A stretch of 39,832 nt of DNA from Steroidobacteraceae bacterium (GTDB taxonomy: Bacteria; Pseudomonadota; Gammaproteobacteria; Steroidobacterales; Steroidobacteraceae). Shown here in pieces: positions 36,781 to 39,832 of this stretch. A model generated the notes under the pieces. The model searched no databases. It was not told the DNA's origin and saw nothing but the letters and a program-made list of their open reading frames with translations. The DNA is taken from positions 1 to 39,832 of the forward strand of contig DATHFB010000202.1 in the NCBI GenBank assembly GCA_035318305.1. The letters are read 5' to 3'. Numbering within the stretch: position 1 is the stretch's first letter; every line of letters begins with the position of its first letter. The position numbers and the translations under genes are program-made.

Positions 36781-39084
36781 ATGAACCACCGAGACAATCC
36801 TCAACACAGCCACGCAAATTGTAGCTCGGCGCAGCCGTCCTTAGCGGAGCCCGCAACGGACTCTCCACGGTCGGGTTGCTGTCAGTCTGCGGGTCGAGCT
36901 GGCAATCACGAGCAGAAAGGGCAACAGCTCGCGCCCCATGCGCCCGCGCCGCCGGATTCTGACGCACCGGCCGGTACGATCTACACGTGCCCCATGCACC
37001 CCGAAATCCGACAGATCGGACCGGGACACTGCCCCAAATGCGGCATGACGCTCGAACCGTTGATGCCGACCGAGACTGAGGATGACAGTGAACTGCGCAG
37101 CGTTCGGCGGCGATTCTGGATTGCTCTCGTTCTCGCCGTTCCGGTCACCGTGATTGCGATGGTGCCGCACCTCTCAGGGATGGCGTTTGGCTCCACAACG
37201 GCCTGGACGCTGCGAATGCTGGAACTCGCGTTGAGCGCGCCCGTGGTGCTGTGGGCCGCCGTACCGTACTACCGCCGGGGCTGGCTCGGTGTGGTTCATC
37301 GTGCGCCTAACATGTACACCTTGATTGGGTTGGGTGTGGTCGTGGCGTTCAGCTACAGCGTGATTGCTACGTTCTTTCCGGGTCAGTTCCCGGCAGCTAT
37401 GCGTGATCAGCACGGTATGGTCGGCGTGTATTTCGAGGTGGCCGCGGTGATCGTGACGCTCGTGCTGCTGGGCGAATGGCTCGAACTCACGGCGCGAGGG
37501 CGCACGAGCGCTGCCATCAGGCAACTCCTGGGGCTGTCTCCCAAGACGGCACGTCGCATCGAGGCGGACGGTGCCGAGAAAGATGTCCCGCTTGAATCTG
37601 TGGCAGTGGGTGATCGGCTTCGCGTACGGCCGGGGGAGAAGGTCCCGGTTGATGGGCGCATCGTGAGCGGTCAGTCGAGTGTGGATGAATCGATGCTCAC
37701 GGGCGAGCCGCTGCCCGTTGACAAGAAAGTCGGAGATCGCGTCGTGGGCGCTACGATCAACCAAACCGGAGCGCTCATCATCGAGGCCGAGCATGTCGGG
37801 GCCGATAGTCTTTTGTCCCAGATCGTAGCGCTGGTGAGTCAAGCCCAGAGATCGCGCGCGCCGCTACAGAAACTCGCCGATCGGGTTGCGGTTTGGTTTG
37901 TTCCGGCCGTCATTGGCATCTCGATCGTCACCTTCTTCGCGTGGTGGCTACTTGGCCCCGAGCCGCGCCTGGCCTACGCGCTCGTGAATGCGGTCGCCGT
38001 TCTCATCATTGCATGTCCGTGTGCGCTGGGGCTGGCAACGCCGATTTCGATCATGGTCGCCAGCGGTCGCGGTGCCCAGTTGGGGGTGCTGTTTCGCAAC
38101 GCGGAAGCCGTCGAGACGTTGCGCAACATCGATACCCTTGTGCTCGACAAGACCGGGACGCTCACGCTTGGGCGGCCGACGCTCACCCAAGTGGTCGCAC
38201 TCGGCGAGTTCTCGGAGGATGTCGTCCTCGCGTGCGCGACCGCACTCGAACGCCCAAGCGAGCATCCCTTGGCCCGGGCCATCGTGGACGGGGCGCTTGC
38301 GCGCGCCGTGGCACCCGTTGAAATTGGGCAGTTCGATTCTGTTACTGGTCAGGGCGTGACCGGCATGTGGGATGGCCACGGTCTGGCCTTGGGCAACGCG
38401 GTGCTGATGCGCGCCGTCGGCGTATCGACTGACGCGGCCGATGCACAGAGTGAGAGGCTGCGGCGGACCGGGCAGACCATCGTTTTCCTCGCCATCGATG
38501 CGCGGCTCGCGGGAATCCTCGCCATCGGGGATCCGCTTAAAGAAAGCACGCCGATGGCGCTTCAGGCACTCAAGGCACGAGGTTTGCGTCTCGTGATGCT
38601 CACTGGTGACAACCGTACGACGGCGCAAGCCATCGCTGCAGAGCTGCCGATCGATGAGGTCATTGCGGATGTGCGCCCGACCGACAAAGCCGCCGCCATT
38701 GTCACTCTTCAGGCAGGAGGCCATCGCGTCGCGATGGCGGGCGATGGCATCAACGATGCCCCCGCGCTGGCGCAGGCCGATGTCGGCATCGCGATGGGGA
38801 CCGGAACCGACATTGCCATGGAAAGTGCGCAGGTCACGCTGGTCAAGGGCGACTTGCGCGGCATCGTGCGTGCTCGTCAGCTGAGCGAAGCCACGGTGCG
38901 AAATATTCGCCAGAATCTGCTGTTCGCCTTTGGCTATAACGCGTTAGGTGTTCCGCTGGCCGCCGGCGTACTGTATCCCCTCACGGGGTGGCTGCTGAGC
39001 CCGCTCATCGCCGCATTGGCCATGAGCTTTTCATCCGTCTCTGTGATCGCCAACGCGCTGCGCTTGCGAAAAGCGAGCGAGTAA
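36781..39084 (+). CDS. copA: Cu(I)-exporting P1B-1-type ATPase
   Basis: 767 aa. Motifs present: CPC ([13 protein letters not shown]), [21 protein letters not shown] (FGYNALG) and MSFSSVSV. The N-terminus carries [22 protein letters not shown] instead of a GMTCxxC HMA domain. The gene starts 3 nt after the cueR stop. Confidence 0.95.
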   Translation: MNHRDNPQHSHANCSSAQPSLAEPATDSPRSGCCQSAGRAGNHEQKGQQLAPHAPAPPDSDAPAGTIYTCPMHPEIRQIGPGHCPKCGMTLEPLMPTETEDDSELRSVRRRFWIALVLAVPVTVIAMVPHLSGMAFGSTTAWTLRMLELALSAPVVLWAAVPYYRRGWLGVVHRAPNMYTLIGLGVVVAFSYSVIATFFPGQFPAAMRDQHGMVGVYFEVAAVIVTLVLLGEWLELTARGRTSAAIRQLLGLSPKTARRIEADGAEKDVPLESVAVGDRLRVRPGEKVPVDGRIVSGQSSVDESMLTGEPLPVDKKVGDRVVGATINQTGALIIEAEHVGADSLLSQIVALVSQAQRSRAPLQKLADRVAVWFVPAVIGISIVTFFAWWLLGPEPRLAYALVNAVAVLIIACPCALGLATPISIMVASGRGAQLGVLFRNAEAVETLRNIDTLVLDKTGTLTLGRPTLTQVVALGEFSEDVVLACATALERPSEHPLARAIVDGALARAVAPVEIGQFDSVTGQGVTGMWDGHGLALGNAVLMRAVGVSTDAADAQSERLRRTGQTIVFLAIDARLAGILAIGDPLKESTPMALQALKARGLRLVMLTGDNRTTAQAIAAELPIDEVIADVRPTDKAAAIVTLQAGGHRVAMAGDGINDAPALAQADVGIAMGTGTDIAMESAQVTLVKGDLRGIVRARQLSEATVRNIRQNLLFAFGYNALGVPLAAGVLYPLTGWLLSPLIAALAMSFSSVSVIANALRLRKASE

Positions 39085-39706
39085 AGACCTGGTATTCCGT
39101 GACCACCTCCACCTCTATCGGGAATGCGGATGCCGTGGCAGCGCTCGAAGCGACGCGGGGACAGCACCCGCGCTAGTGCTTCACCTTCTCAGGTAAGCGC
39201 ATCCGGACGCATTGAGCGCCAGGCATCGAAACTCCTCGAGGAGGCGCCGTGCGTGAAAAACGTAGCAAAAAACGCTACGTTTTCGCTACGGTCGGTACAT
39301 TGATGATCAGTAACTTCTTGATTGAAAAGCGCGCCCGGACGGATTACTTCGGGGCCTTCGGCCCCTCGGCCTCGCTGACGCTCGGCTCGCCCTGCGGGCG
39401 ATCAACTTGGCCTCGGCCAAGTTGTCGAACCGGCTTTTTGTCTGTCGGCGGTTCGAATTACCATCCGTTACAAAAACCCCGAAAATCACGACAAAGCATA
39501 ACAAAGCAGACCTGAGTCACGCAGAAGTCCCGCGAGTACCTGGTCTCATCGTCTGCTCCCTAATTGTCGGCGGGGCCAACACCGGATGGTCGATGGGCTA
39601 TAGATAGAACGCCGGTAAGCGGGCCTAGGTTGCGCTGCAGCGACGCCAGCGTATGCTTTCGTCAAGCCGGTGTGTTCCGCCGCCCCTGCAGCCGAAGGGA
39701 GAGACC

Positions 39707-39832
39707 ATGAGCAAGAAATTCATCATCGCTTGGATCGTGCTTTTCGTCGTGTGGTTACTGGGCGACTTTGTCGTACACGGCGTATTGCTACGTTCCGACT
39801 ACATGCAACTGACGAATCTTTTCCGAACAGAG
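39707..39832 (+). CDS. Hypothetical small membrane protein, 3' end outside the window
   Basis: The ATG at 39707 is 5 nt after GGGAGAG. It encodes MSKKFIIAWIVLFVVWLLGDFVVHGVLLRSDYMQL... with one clear TM. The frame is open to the window end. Confidence 0.45.
   Translation, partial: MSKKFIIAWIVLFVVWLLGDFVVHGVLLRSDYMQLTNLFRTE

Noticed and set aside
39441-39480. tRNA-like T-loop string GGCGGTTCGAAT, a possible tRNA gene or att-site fragment
   Set aside because: The sequence following the loop (TACCATCC) cannot pair with GGCGG to close a T-stem. No acceptor or anticodon arms can be drawn around it.
39249-39515. 88-aa ORF in the region downstream of the copper ATPase
   Set aside because: It has no ribosome-binding site, a low-complexity and structure-dominated sequence (it spans the palindromes), and no recognisable domain.

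Overview
High-GC proteobacterial chromosomal window with three blocks. All product calls come from motifs read by eye, with no database search. (1) nt 1-2904: a 5'-truncated SPFH/HflK-like gene translationally coupled to a short P1B-type ATPase that lacks a metal-binding domain. (2) nt 2899-31231: a near-complete, very tightly packed oxygen-dependent (late cobalt insertion) cobalamin supercluster. It contains cobalt uptake and chaperone genes (cobW-cbtB-cbtA), cobQ-kinase-cobU, cobO-cobN-chlID-cbiB-cobD-cobB, and DUF1636-cobGHIJ. cobK is embedded antisense, followed by cobL-cobE-cobM-cobA-cobF-cobT-cobS-cobC-bluB. Three cobalamin riboswitches are readable directly from their B12 boxes and GCCCCCGCAAC cores. 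(3) nt 31228-39084: a degraded PIN-toxin remnant, then a copper module: copL-like gene, copA (multicopper oxidase), copB, frameshifted copC, copD, and a MerR-type promoter driving cueR plus a Cu P-type ATPase. No transposase, integrase, CRISPR array, rRNA or tRNA was seen. I found no clear wholly new system. The best leads are: an uncharacterised P-loop kinase-like gene inside the nucleotide-loop operon; the SPFH-ATPase pair with a hybrid TM signature; a CobW with a ~135-aa insert; a lone ChlD-like AAA+/vWA partner for CobN; cobK with zero intergenic space on both sides; and a copC whose signal peptide and mature domain are in different frames.
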